A stretch of 64,000 nt of DNA, taken from positions 55,853 through 119,852 of the forward strand of contig DASZTX010000031.1 of NCBI GenBank assembly GCA_035547875.1, in the 5' to 3' direction. Below, in pieces: positions 47,347-57,205 of the stretch (positions are counted from its first letter, which is position 1; each line of letters starts with the position of its first letter). Below the pieces are notes generated by a model. The model searched no databases. It worked only from the letters and a program-made list of their open reading frames with translations, and had not been told where the DNA came from. Source of the DNA: Mucilaginibacter sp. Its GTDB lineage: Bacteria > Bacteroidota > Bacteroidia > Sphingobacteriales > Sphingobacteriaceae. The translations under genes and the position numbers were made by a program.

Positions 47347-47898
47347 ATGAAAATTTTAACATCGATCAGGGTTTACGGCAGTTTGCTGTTAGCTATAGCC
47401 GTTATCTGCTGTTGTCTGTCAGTAAATGCACAAACCAAAGGTAAGGCCAAACCTAAGCCGCCAGCCACCGCCAAGACAACTGCTGCACCTGCGGCAAAGA
47501 CTCCGGCGAAGCCGCCTGTCATCAACCGCAATGCGGTGGCGGTAATTGACACTTTCTTTAAAAAATATAAGGATGACGGTACAGCCGCTGCTATCGATTA
47601 TCTTTTTGCCACCAATAAGTATTTTACCAATCCCGAAGGGATCAGTCAGCTGAAAGCCAAACTGGACTCGCTGCGGCAGGGGATAGGCGCATTTCTCGGC
47701 AAGGAACTGATCGCACAGAAAAGCGCGTCATCCAGCCTCGTATTTTATAGCTATCTTGTGAAACACGAAGTGCAGCCGATACGGTTCACGTTTATTTTTT
47801 ACAAGCCGGATGCCGAATGGGTATTGTACCGGTTTAAATATGACGACCAGATGGATGCCGAACTGGAGGAGGCCGGAAGAATCAGCAACAAACATTAA
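47347..47898 (+). CDS. Hypothetical secreted protein with Lys/Pro/Ala-rich linker
   Basis: The start at MKILTSIR (47347) is preferred because the track start at 47317 lies inside the pdhB terminator. A signal peptide is followed by KGKAKPKPPATAKTTAAPAAKTPAKPP and an approximately 120-aa globular domain. Confidence 0.5.
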   Translation: MKILTSIRVYGSLLLAIAVICCCLSVNAQTKGKAKPKPPATAKTTAAPAAKTPAKPPVINRNAVAVIDTFFKKYKDDGTAAAIDYLFATNKYFTNPEGISQLKAKLDSLRQGIGAFLGKELIAQKSASSSLVFYSYLVKHEVQPIRFTFIFYKPDAEWVLYRFKYDDQMDAELEEAGRISNKH

Positions 47899-47919
47899 CG
47901 ATAGCAAATACTATATAAA

Positions 47920-48108
47920 ATGAGCAATAGATACAAACCCGTTCAATACATTATTTTTGTCTCGGTACTGATAATCAATATCACCACCCTGATAGACAGT
48001 GTACAGAAACAGGAAACGCTGCGGATTGTAGTCGGCGCTTTCGCTATCGGGCTGATGTGCCTGGCGGGTATAATTTTTTTGATAAGGCGGTTAAAGGCAA
48101 AGCCTTAA
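47920..48108 (+). CDS. Small hypothetical membrane protein (two TM helices)
   Basis: 62 aa with two hydrophobic segments (YIIFVSVLIINITTLI; VVGAFAIGLMCLAGIIFLI). It lies 21 nt after the preceding gene. No homology is recognised. Confidence 0.35.
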   Translation: MSNRYKPVQYIIFVSVLIINITTLIDSVQKQETLRIVVGAFAIGLMCLAGIIFLIRRLKAKP

Positions 48109-48190
48109 CATCATCTAACTAAAACGATTCAAAGTGCTTGTCCGTCTTCACATAAAAAACGTTATCTTAGTCTGTTAACTATCCCTTGCA

Positions 48191-50305
48191 ATGAAAACTG
48201 TTACCTGTATATCTGCAGCTGTTTTATCTTGCAGCCTTGCCTTTGCCCAACAAATGACCCATAATAAGATCAGTTACCCCGAAACAAAAAAAGTTGATAC
48301 CATTGACACCTATTTTGGCACCCAGGTGCCCGACCCGTACCGCTGGCTGGAGGATGACCGCGCGGCCGATACAAAAGAATGGGTAAAGGAAGAGAACAAG
48401 GTTACCCAGCAATATTTAAGTCAGATCCCGTACCGGGGCGCTATCTATGATCGCCTGAAAGACCTCTGGAACTACGAGAAATTCAGTGCGCCCTTTAAGG
48501 AGGGCCATTACACCTATTTTTATAAGAATGACGGCTTACAAAGCCAGGCCGTATTATGGCGGCAGGTTGGGGAGGGTGCGCCGGAGATATTCCTCGATCC
48601 CAATAAATTTTCTGCTGACGGCACTACGTCCATGCAGGGTATAGACTTTACCAAAGACGGCAGTATGGCCGCTTACCAGCTATCTGAGGGCGGGAGCGAC
48701 TGGCGGAAGGTGATCGTGATCAAAACTGCGGATAAAAGCATTGTGGGTGATACCCTGACCGACATAAAATTCAGCGGTATAGCCTGGAAAGGTAACGAGG
48801 GTTTTTATTACAGCAGTTACGATAAACCAAAGGCCGGTAGCCAGCTGGCAGGCATTACCCAGTATCACAAGCTCTTTTATCACAAGTTAGGCACGCCGCA
48901 AAGCAGCGACGTCCTGATTTTCGGCGGCGAAAAAACGCCGCGCAGGTACATCGGCGCCAGCCTGACAGAAGATGAGCGCTTTCTGGTGATATCCGCGGCA
49001 AAGGAAACTACCGGCAACGAACTCTATATTCAGGACCTGAGCAAGCCTGACAGCCCCATTGTAAACGTGGTTGACAATTTCGACAATCAGCATTACGTAT
49101 TGGATAACGTTGGCAGCAAGCTTTACATCGTAACCAACCTGTATGAACCGAATTTTAAAATTGTAACGGTGGATGCTTCCGATCCGAGACCGGTTAACTG
49201 GAAGGACCTGATACCTGCAACAGGGAACGTACTCAGCGCTACAACCGGGGGCGGCAAGATATTCGCCGAGTATTTAAAAGATGCGACCTCGTACGTGGAG
49301 CAGTATGATATGGATGGCAAACTGGAGCGCGTGATAACATTACCTTCGATAGGAACAGCCAGCGGCTTTGGCGCCAAGAAGGAGGAAAAAGAAACCTATT
49401 ACACATTTACCAACTATGTGTATCCGCCAACCATCTTTAAACTGGATATCGCTACCGGTGTTTCCACGGTTTACAAAAAATCCGGTGTGAAATTTGATCC
49501 GGAGCAGTACGAAAGCAAGCAGGTATTTTACCCGTCGAAAGACGGGACAAAGATACCGATGATCATCACCTATAAGAAAGGTACGGTAATGAACGGCAAA
49601 AATCCGTTGCTGCTGTATGCCTATGGCGGTTTCGGTATCAGTCTTACTCCGGCCTTCAGCACGTCGAACATTATCCTGATGGAACATGGAGGCATTTATG
49701 CCGTGCCCAACCTGCGCGGCGGCGGTGAATATGGCGAGCGCTGGCATGTTGCGGGTATTAAGATGAAAAAGCAGAACGTTTTTGACGACTTTATCGCCGC
49801 CGCCGAATACCTGATCAAACATAAATACACCTCAAAGGATTACCTCGCAATTTCGGGGGGATCAAACGGAGGGCTGCTCATCGGTGCCGTGATGGCGCAA
49901 CGTCCTGATCTTTGCAAAGTGGCATTTCCTGCCGTGGGCGTAATGGATATGCTGCGTTACAATAAGTTTACCGCAGGAGCGGGCTGGAGTTATGACTATG
50001 GCACTGCGGAAGACAGCAAGGAGATGTTTGACTATCTTTACCATTATTCACCCTACCACGCGTTGAAGCCTGCAGATTATCCGGCAACGATGGTGACAAC
50101 GGCTGATCATGACGACAGGGTGGTGCCTGCCCATTCTTTTAAATTTGCGGCGCGTTTGCAGGCTTGCCAGGAAGGGACAGCACCAACCATTATCCGCATC
50201 GAAACAAAGGCGGGGCATGGCGCGGGCCAGAGTACGGAACAGGTGATTAGCGGGCAAGCCGACAAATGGGCATTTATGTTCTGGAATATGGGCGTTAAAT
50301 TCTGA
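48191..50305 (+). CDS. Prolyl oligopeptidase (S9A family)
   Basis: 704 aa. It has a signal peptide, DPYRWLED, the catalytic Ser in GGSNGGLL, Asp in DHDDRV and His in AGHGAG. Confidence 0.92.
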   Translation: MKTVTCISAAVLSCSLAFAQQMTHNKISYPETKKVDTIDTYFGTQVPDPYRWLEDDRAADTKEWVKEENKVTQQYLSQIPYRGAIYDRLKDLWNYEKFSAPFKEGHYTYFYKNDGLQSQAVLWRQVGEGAPEIFLDPNKFSADGTTSMQGIDFTKDGSMAAYQLSEGGSDWRKVIVIKTADKSIVGDTLTDIKFSGIAWKGNEGFYYSSYDKPKAGSQLAGITQYHKLFYHKLGTPQSSDVLIFGGEKTPRRYIGASLTEDERFLVISAAKETTGNELYIQDLSKPDSPIVNVVDNFDNQHYVLDNVGSKLYIVTNLYEPNFKIVTVDASDPRPVNWKDLIPATGNVLSATTGGGKIFAEYLKDATSYVEQYDMDGKLERVITLPSIGTASGFGAKKEEKETYYTFTNYVYPPTIFKLDIATGVSTVYKKSGVKFDPEQYESKQVFYPSKDGTKIPMIITYKKGTVMNGKNPLLLYAYGGFGISLTPAFSTSNIILMEHGGIYAVPNLRGGGEYGERWHVAGIKMKKQNVFDDFIAAAEYLIKHKYTSKDYLAISGGSNGGLLIGAVMAQRPDLCKVAFPAVGVMDMLRYNKFTAGAGWSYDYGTAEDSKEMFDYLYHYSPYHALKPADYPATMVTTADHDDRVVPAHSFKFAARLQACQEGTAPTIIRIETKAGHGAGQSTEQVISGQADKWAFMFWNMGVKF

Positions 50306-50373
50306 CGGAATATCCGGCAATAAGCTGCCTGACGGCTGCAACGACACTGAACGAAACCAATTATTCACTTATA

Positions 50374-51162
50374 ATGAACCGGTATAGAGGAATCAAACTG
50401 TCATTTTTTTTGCTGACCGTTATGCTTTTTTGCGGCAGTGCCCTTTTTGCGCAAAAGCGGGACATTAACGTTGTGTTTATCGGCAACAGCATCACTTACG
50501 GAGCGGGCCTTGCAGACCCTGCTACGCAGGCCCCACCCGTTATTGCAGCAAATTATTTAAGACAGCAGTCCGAAATAGGGAAGACCGAAATGGTAAACCA
50601 GGGGCACAGCGGCTTTACGACCGTGGACTTTTTACCCGGAACGATGGGCGTATTCCGCGACGTTGAAAAGGCAGCCAGAGCCTTTCCGGATAAACAGGCC
50701 CTGCTGATATTTTCCATTATGCTCGGCACCAATGACAGCGCTATTTCCGGTCCTTCGGGTGCGCCGGTATTTCCTGAAACGTATTATCAGAACCTGAAGG
50801 CCATTGCCGACAGCCTGCTCGCGGAATTTCCGGGAAGCATCGTTATTTTTAATCACCCGCTGTGGTACAGCCCCAATACCTATAACGGCGCAAAATACCT
50901 GGCCGAGGGTTTGCAGCGTTTGCAAAAATATCTGCCTGAAATTGACCTGCTGGTTAATGACTATGAAGCCATATACCCCAAAAGAGTCTTTGTCGGCGAT
51001 ACCCGGGCATTCGATTATTTCAGGAAACATGCCGACTCGGACATGCAAGCCGAACAGGGGCATCAGGGCGTTTTTCACCTGCATCCCAACGAGCAGGGGG
51101 CGGTCGCCCTCGGAAACTTCTGGGGAGAAGCGATCAGCAAGATCGTCAAAAAACTTAAGTGA
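50374..51162 (+). CDS. SGNH/GDSL hydrolase family protein
   Basis: 262 aa. It has a signal peptide, block I VVFIGNSITYG, block III LGTNDS and a C-terminal HLHPNEQG (DxxH-like) motif. Confidence 0.8.
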   Translation: MNRYRGIKLSFFLLTVMLFCGSALFAQKRDINVVFIGNSITYGAGLADPATQAPPVIAANYLRQQSEIGKTEMVNQGHSGFTTVDFLPGTMGVFRDVEKAARAFPDKQALLIFSIMLGTNDSAISGPSGAPVFPETYYQNLKAIADSLLAEFPGSIVIFNHPLWYSPNTYNGAKYLAEGLQRLQKYLPEIDLLVNDYEAIYPKRVFVGDTRAFDYFRKHADSDMQAEQGHQGVFHLHPNEQGAVALGNFWGEAISKIVKKLK

Positions 51163-51177
51163 TAAAAAGCAGCTATT

Positions 51178-51975
51178 TTAAATTTGCGAAAATGCAGCAG
51201 GCACCAGCAGCGTCGATGTAATTTTGCTTACCAGCAGCGCGTCGGCATACTCGGGCACCGCGCTTATTTCATGCCATTGGGTATCGTTCCCAAAATCCTG
51301 CCAGTGCGAACTTTTGTCGGCCAGATCTTTAAAAGTTAACATGTAGGTCAGATTCGGCCGCTGCGGACCGATCACCGTCTCGCCCCAAAACACCGGGTTG
51401 AAATCAAGTCGCTTAAAAATATCTATCTCGCCCCTGTCGTTAAACATTTCGATCTTTTTTTTGCCGGCTGCTTCAGTTGCGCTCTGGTATTGTCTCAGCT
51501 CCAGTATCCGTTCCTTTTTTTCGGGCGCGGTAAGCGTGGGGAAATGCTCAAAAGCTTTTAACAGCGAACTTTCAATGCGTTCGTAAGCAGGCGAGGTGGC
51601 CGGAGCATTAAGATATGCGGACCCTTTCCGCTGTAATTCCGGGTCTTCCTCAAAGCTATTGGATATTGCATTAAACTGAGCGAGGCTGTCATACGCGATC
51701 AGTGCGTATATTTTTGTCTGACCGTCGGGTTTCATTTCGGTAAATACGCCTACGTGTTTAACCCCCATGCGGTTCAGCACCGGGATAGCCGCGTCCCTGA
51801 AATAATTTTCTACCAGCTTTTGCTGGGCTTCGTCTTTCAGGCTATAAATCCTTAGTTCGTAATATTGCTGTTGCTTTTCCTTTTCTAACGAGGTCATGGC
51901 GTTGCTCAGCGAGGGCATAACGGCAGCCATGGCACCGCCAACCACCGATGATTTTACAAATGAACGTCTTTTCAT
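51178..51975 (-). CDS. NIPSNAP family protein with twin-arginine (Tat) signal
   Basis: The start is taken at MKRRSFVKSSVVGGAMAAVMPSLSNA, a Tat-like RR motif. Two NIPSNAP-type units follow (YYELRIYSL; ILELRQYQS). Confidence 0.68.
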   Translation of the reverse strand: MKRRSFVKSSVVGGAMAAVMPSLSNAMTSLEKEKQQQYYELRIYSLKDEAQQKLVENYFRDAAIPVLNRMGVKHVGVFTEMKPDGQTKIYALIAYDSLAQFNAISNSFEEDPELQRKGSAYLNAPATSPAYERIESSLLKAFEHFPTLTAPEKKERILELRQYQSATEAAGKKKIEMFNDRGEIDIFKRLDFNPVFWGETVIGPQRPNLTYMLTFKDLADKSSHWQDFGNDTQWHEISAVPEYADALLVSKITSTLLVPAAFSQI

Positions 51976-52194
51976 GAATATAAAATAGCTTTCGATCGCT
52001 AATATACTAATATCCGGCTGTGATGACCGGTTAAACAGCGCGGTATCCGTCTTTTCAGATATATTTTTGTATCGCGGCTGCCCAGACATGTAACGATTAC
52101 TGCCTTTGGGTAGTCAATATGATATTTATACGAATAGCATTTTTGCGCTGGTTCAAAATCATTTAGTAAATTCATCATCTGATTACACCGGGAA

Positions 52195-53499
52195 ATGGGC
52201 ACAGAGAAACCCTACATATTGACATGGCGTGAACTGGCCGAACAGGCACTGAACTGGGAGGATAGCGGTAACTGGGGGGATTACGATTTTGAAAAGCTGA
52301 GTGAGCTTATCTATGAAAAGACGAACACCCGGCTCAGCATGTCCACCCTTAAACGTATCTGGGGAAAGGTGAAGTATGATAGTAAGCCGACCATCATCAC
52401 CTTAAATGCGCTGGCGCGTTTCCTTGATTTTACCGATTGGCGCGCCTTTAAAAAGAATGCTGACGCGGAAAGGAGCACTACGGCTCCCGACACTTCGACT
52501 CCGGAAATCCGGATATCCCGGATGGATAAAAAACGGAGGAACTTTTTTCAGCCGGTTGCCTTTACACTGATTGGCGGACTGGTCTTATATCTACTGCTGT
52601 CGTTGGTAGCCAAACGGCAGCCGGTTGCTGACAAAAATGCGAGCGCAAAGTTTGAGAGCAGGGTGATCAGTGATAATATGCCGAATTCCGTAGTGTTTGA
52701 TTATGATGCTTCCGGTTTTCATGCCGACAGTGTTTTCATCCAGCAAAGCTGGGACCCCGGGCGCCGCGAGCAGGTTGCCGCTGACGGGCATCAGCATACT
52801 TCCATTTACTACGTTCCTGGTTATTTTAATGCCAAGCTGATCGTGGACGGAAAGGTTAAGAAAGAACACCCGGTATTCATCAAAACCAAAGGCTGGCTCG
52901 GACTGATCGGGAAAGAGCCGGTGCCGTCGTATCTGAATGCTGATTCTATCCGCAGGGACGGCACTTTGGGAATCAGTCCCGGCAGTTTTGCGCGGATAAA
53001 CGGATCGCCAGTTTTTAATGGCTCCTGGGTTTATTTTTACAATGTGCGTGAATTTAACGGACTTAACGGCGATAACTTTTCATTTGAAACTACACTCCGG
53101 AACACCTCCACACCCGAGCAGTCGTCGTGTCGTAAACTGGAAATCGAAATTATGGGCAGCGGCAACGCGATCAGTATCCCGTTATCCGACAAAGGCTGTA
53201 TTGCAGCCCTCGGTATCTACACCGGAGAGCGCTTCATCAGCGGCAAGGAGACCGATCTGAGCGCTTTTGGCTGCGACTTTTCCGGTTTCCAGCGTTTAGG
53301 CTGTGCTGTGAATCATCACCGGCTGGTGATAAGCCTGAACGGCAAACAGATTTATGAGTCCGCCGTGAGCCAGGGGATCGGAAAGATCACCGGCATCCGC
53401 ATTGCCTTTGAAGGTGCAGGAGAGATCAAAAAGGTGAAGCTCGGCGACGACGATCATGTCGTTTACCAGGAAGATTTTACTTCGCCCACACATCGGTAA
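52195..53499 (+). CDS. Hypothetical single-pass membrane protein (HTH-like N-terminus, PKD-like and lectin-like exterior)
   Basis: 434 aa. The N-terminal approximately 95 aa contain LSMSTLKRIWGKV...TLNALARFLDFTDWRAF. A TM helix follows (FFQPVAFTLIGGLVLYLLLSLVA). Next comes a PKD-like segment (MPNSVVFDYDASG ... HTSIYYVPGYFNAKLIVDG), then an approximately 200-aa beta-rich domain. Confidence 0.55.
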   Translation: MGTEKPYILTWRELAEQALNWEDSGNWGDYDFEKLSELIYEKTNTRLSMSTLKRIWGKVKYDSKPTIITLNALARFLDFTDWRAFKKNADAERSTTAPDTSTPEIRISRMDKKRRNFFQPVAFTLIGGLVLYLLLSLVAKRQPVADKNASAKFESRVISDNMPNSVVFDYDASGFHADSVFIQQSWDPGRREQVAADGHQHTSIYYVPGYFNAKLIVDGKVKKEHPVFIKTKGWLGLIGKEPVPSYLNADSIRRDGTLGISPGSFARINGSPVFNGSWVYFYNVREFNGLNGDNFSFETTLRNTSTPEQSSCRKLEIEIMGSGNAISIPLSDKGCIAALGIYTGERFISGKETDLSAFGCDFSGFQRLGCAVNHHRLVISLNGKQIYESAVSQGIGKITGIRIAFEGAGEIKKVKLGDDDHVVYQEDFTSPTHR

Positions 53500-54373
53500 T
53501 TGGCGACGCATCCGTCGTGTCCGTTACCGGGAGATCATACATGGCATCGAGTGTATGCAGTACGTTATAATGATTGATCTTTTCGCCGTATTTACCCGGC
53601 TTAACATTGGCCCCGGCGAAAATGGTCGGAATGTGGTTAACCAGCTTAAAGTCGTCTTCATCAAAAGTGACGATCAACAGACTGTTATGCGTTTTCGCCC
53701 ATTCCGCATAGTCTGACAGGTTTTCCTTAAGCCATGCATCCCCCCTTTTTATGGCAGCGGTGTCACCGGGCTGGCCAATGTTGTGCATATCATAGTCCAT
53801 ATCGGGGATCACAAAGGATACCGTTGGCAGCTTGTTAAAATCCTCCGGAAATTCAGTCATGGGCAGGCTAAGTTCTTCCGATATATTGTTATCGCCATCG
53901 CCCTGCCAGTTTACCCAGGGCGCATGTTTACGGGCGTACAGATCGGCGCCGGTCAGGGTGCTTTTGCCATAAGTACAGCCTTCAAATCCTGTTGAGGGCA
54001 TCGTCTGCGCGTATCCCTTAAAAGTATAGCCCTTGCCGATCAGCGCGGCACCGAGGTTCGGCGTGGAGTATGGCGTTACATTCTCGAGACACTGATCATC
54101 AGGAACGCCCTGCGTGCTGCCCGAAAAAATAGCGAGATAATTTGGCTGACTGGGATGGGCAACGCCGTGTGCATCGGTAAAGAGCGCTCCCTCCCGTGCC
54201 AGCTTATTGATAAAAGGCGCGTTGGCGGAGTTGATCAGTTCATCATACCCATGGTTTTCTTCGATCACGATCACCACATGATCCGGACGGGGAACATCAT
54301 TTTTTTTATCGCACGAGCAAAAGGCAGTTGCGAGCGCAAGAATACAGGCAGCAGAGAATGTTTGTTTTTTCAT
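53477..54373 (-). CDS. Phosphoesterase family protein (acid phosphatase/phospholipase C-like) lipoprotein
   Basis: The start at MKKQTF (54373) gives a lipoprotein signal (LATAFCSC). HVVIVIEENHGYD and the later IPDMDYDMH block fit the phosphoesterase (PF04185-type) family. The 3' end overlaps the convergent gene by 23 nt. Confidence 0.72.
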   Translation of the reverse strand: MKKQTFSAACILALATAFCSCDKKNDVPRPDHVVIVIEENHGYDELINSANAPFINKLAREGALFTDAHGVAHPSQPNYLAIFSGSTQGVPDDQCLENVTPYSTPNLGAALIGKGYTFKGYAQTMPSTGFEGCTYGKSTLTGADLYARKHAPWVNWQGDGDNNISEELSLPMTEFPEDFNKLPTVSFVIPDMDYDMHNIGQPGDTAAIKRGDAWLKENLSDYAEWAKTHNSLLIVTFDEDDFKLVNHIPTIFAGANVKPGKYGEKINHYNVLHTLDAMYDLPVTDTTDASPITDVWAK

Positions 54374-54549
54374 GGTTATAGTCGGATGGCTATACAAATA
54401 AACGGCTGATCGTCCGGTTTTCGGCAGAGGATAACAAAATAGTTACCTTGATTTTCAATGCGGGAACGGGCGCTTATCTGATTCGTTTCACATTATATTA
54501 AAGATTAACAGCACTTTACAAAACAATGCGTCCGATAAAAGGGATGCCA

Positions 54550-57045
54550 TTAATCAACATGATACCTGTACACTTTGTGCCCAAGGTTACCTTTCCCGTC
54601 TATACCTTCTATTGTCACGCGATAATTTCCGGAGCTATCCGTATTGTAAAAACTGAATGTCACATTTCCTTCTTTATTTGTTTTCAGGTCAGGATTCCAA
54701 TAAATCGTCGAGCGAAAATCCTTTTGTTTAGTACTTTCATGGCTGTCGTATTTGGGAGAATAAAACGTACGTGCTTTATAAAATCCTCTCGGGGTAACGG
54801 GCAAAATGCCAAATGACGGTATATCTTTAATATTTCGCTCCCGGCCGATTCTTGTAGTAAACACGAGCACACCATGCCCGCTATTCATTCCATAAATGGC
54901 CGCATTGGCACCGTCAAAAAGTTCTACAGTTTCCACATCTCCCGGCAATAAACTATTGATATCAAAATTTTCGGGTTCCAAAATACCGTCCACAACGATC
55001 ATCATACCATTTTTTGGTGTCTCCTTACTTCCATCCAATGATGGGCTTATTGCAATATTTACAAAGCGTTCCCCACCCCGATTTGTAAAAATAACATTGC
55101 GTAAAATACCGTTCAATTTATCTGATAACTGCCCTCCGGTCTTAATATCATCCATGTGTATTACCTGAGACGCATGCCCCGGGCCGCCCAGCGCCGATGA
55201 CCTGTAATTATCTTTCGGCTTAATATCGGTTATTTTGACCTCTTTTAATACAATGCTTTTTGTCTGTCCATTCCTCATCTGCTCCTCACGTTGCGTCTTT
55301 TTGTTTTTTGGGTAGTTACCCATCTGCTGGCGAATGTCCGCGGAATTGGTTTTTAATAGAAGAATTTCCGGGGCGACCGGTTCCTCCAAAGTAAGTTTTG
55401 TCTTTTTATTTCCATTCTTTCCCACTGCCTGTAAAATAAAACGGGTAGAATCGTCAAACACTAAATTTTTAAATCTGAAACGACCGTTTTTATCAGCGGA
55501 TTCCGTCAATAGCCCCTTCCCATCTGATGGCAGCAAAGTTACGGTGCCATTTTTAAGCGGGCTTCCGGTCATCGTTTTGGCTATGCCCGCTATTTCGAGA
55601 TTCCATTCCGGGAGCCAGGCTAAAGATTCGTGGTCATTTTTCAAAACGTCTTTCCATTCAAAATGTCTGAAACCGTTTGTCAACATAACCAGGTCAAGAT
55701 TTTCGCGGGCTGCGCCCGAAGTGTCTGAGAAATAATAACCGGGCTGCTCAATATTCCCCTTTAAGGCATCACACAGCAACAGATCAGTTAAGATCGTCCT
55801 GTCATTACTTTCGTTATAAACAACTTTCGTTGCGTCTGTAACAGAAACTGAAAAATCAGCTATAGCGACGGAATCTGCACGGGTTCTGGCACTCACCGTC
55901 AGAACTACTTTTTGCCGTTTGTGATATACCCGATCTTCTGCGCCGAACTTTAAGCTTAACCAGTCATAGTTCTGTATAAAAAAGAGGCGCTCGCATAGCG
56001 GTTCTCCTTCAGGAGAAAATAAAGTTACGCTTGCCACACCGGTGTGCAGCCGACGTTTTACGATATCAAGTGAGAGTATGGTTGTGTCCAATACATAATT
56101 AACTGTAGTTACTATTCCGCCTGAATAAATAAGCACCGGAAATATCTTTCCCCTGTTCAGTTTAAAATAGGCGCTGTCTGCCGATATGGTAACCATAGTT
56201 TTTTGCAATAAATCATTTTTTACTGTTAACATTATTCCATGATCTTCTGCAGTGGGTAAATCAACTGTACTTTCAGAACCATCCTCAAATTTTACGCTGG
56301 CTTTGTAAATTCTGCCTGCTTGCGGCGTAAGCCAGAAACAACCCATCCCTAAATGAGCTGAAGTGAATCGACAAATCACTTTACCCAAATCGTCCGTGAT
56401 TGTCCCTGTCAGGTTTATCCCCAATCCGTTATTGGCTATCCCTTTAAAGGCTATCTTCGACCTAAGGCCGATCACAAGCGTTCCACCTTCCGGCAGGAAC
56501 TGTACGTCCGGTTTACCCTTTTCCTTAGTTTCTGAAATACTACCATTTAACGAGCCGACAGGAATAACTTTATTAAAAAAAGTTTGTACGCTACCGTTCC
56601 TCATCCAACGCGTGTAGGCTCTGATCTGATACTTTCCAGCCGGAAGAGAGTCCGGCAGCGCAAAATCACCCCATCCCAGGCCATTATTTAATTTTATAAG
56701 GATTGATTTATCGATCTTATGATGCGTGTTGATCAAATCGACATGCAATATTCCACTGATCATCGATAACGTATGCTTCTCTCCGCTTGTCACATAAGCT
56801 TTAAAATAGATAGTATCGCCGACGGCATAATACGGTTTGTCGAAATGCAGATAAACATCCTCGAATTGAAACCTGCGGGAGTATTCTGCGAGCTTCTCTA
56901 CTATGTCCCTAATATTTGATGATGGTTTCTGGGGTCCGGTTTTACCTGCTAATCCGGAGTCCGCACGGGAGACTGTGTTTTGTCCACGCGCCACGGAAAA
57001 TATAGCTAACACCACTGCCAACAACAGCATGATGTTTTTTCGCAC
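54550..57045 (-). CDS. Large secreted protein: MG2-like N-terminal domain, CarboxypepD_reg-like domain and a TonB-receptor Plug-like domain without a beta-barrel
   Basis: YLHFDKPYYAVGDTIYFKAYV is MG2/alpha-2-macroglobulin-like. LKNGTVTLLPSDGKGLLTESADKNGRFRFKNL is CarboxypepD_reg-like. DDIKTGGQLSDKLNGILRNV ... MIVVDGIL ... DVETVELFDGANAAIYGMNSGHGVLVFTT is Plug-like. Only about 85 aa follow the Plug segment. The GTG at 57045 gives MRKNIMLLLAVVLAIFSVARG, a proper signal peptide; the ATG at 57030 is the alternative. The track start at 57180 is unlikely. Confidence 0.6.
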   Translation of the reverse strand: MRKNIMLLLAVVLAIFSVARGQNTVSRADSGLAGKTGPQKPSSNIRDIVEKLAEYSRRFQFEDVYLHFDKPYYAVGDTIYFKAYVTSGEKHTLSMISGILHVDLINTHHKIDKSILIKLNNGLGWGDFALPDSLPAGKYQIRAYTRWMRNGSVQTFFNKVIPVGSLNGSISETKEKGKPDVQFLPEGGTLVIGLRSKIAFKGIANNGLGINLTGTITDDLGKVICRFTSAHLGMGCFWLTPQAGRIYKASVKFEDGSESTVDLPTAEDHGIMLTVKNDLLQKTMVTISADSAYFKLNRGKIFPVLIYSGGIVTTVNYVLDTTILSLDIVKRRLHTGVASVTLFSPEGEPLCERLFFIQNYDWLSLKFGAEDRVYHKRQKVVLTVSARTRADSVAIADFSVSVTDATKVVYNESNDRTILTDLLLCDALKGNIEQPGYYFSDTSGAARENLDLVMLTNGFRHFEWKDVLKNDHESLAWLPEWNLEIAGIAKTMTGSPLKNGTVTLLPSDGKGLLTESADKNGRFRFKNLVFDDSTRFILQAVGKNGNKKTKLTLEEPVAPEILLLKTNSADIRQQMGNYPKNKKTQREEQMRNGQTKSIVLKEVKITDIKPKDNYRSSALGGPGHASQVIHMDDIKTGGQLSDKLNGILRNVIFTNRGGERFVNIAISPSLDGSKETPKNGMMIVVDGILEPENFDINSLLPGDVETVELFDGANAAIYGMNSGHGVLVFTTRIGRERNIKDIPSFGILPVTPRGFYKARTFYSPKYDSHESTKQKDFRSTIYWNPDLKTNKEGNVTFSFYNTDSSGNYRVTIEGIDGKGNLGHKVYRYHVD

Positions 57046-57205
57046 GCGCCGAAAAGCAAGTGTTAACTGAACTGATGAGCTATTCAATATATTTAGGTTT
57101 ATAGGCTTATGTAAATATAGAATAACTGACACGCCGAAACAATAGCTATTTGACACTACCATCAGCGCGGAGACTGTCATAACTATACCGGTATTTTATC
57201 GTATC

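Noticed and set aside
49340-49822. 160-aa minus-strand ORF, and similar ORFs at 48224-50368
   Set aside because: They lie antisense to the prolyl oligopeptidase gene and have no independent support.
57046-57180. N-terminal extension of the MG2/Plug protein
   Set aside because: The extension precedes the obvious signal peptide and has no features. A GTG at 57045 or the ATG at 57030 gives a canonical secreted N-terminus.
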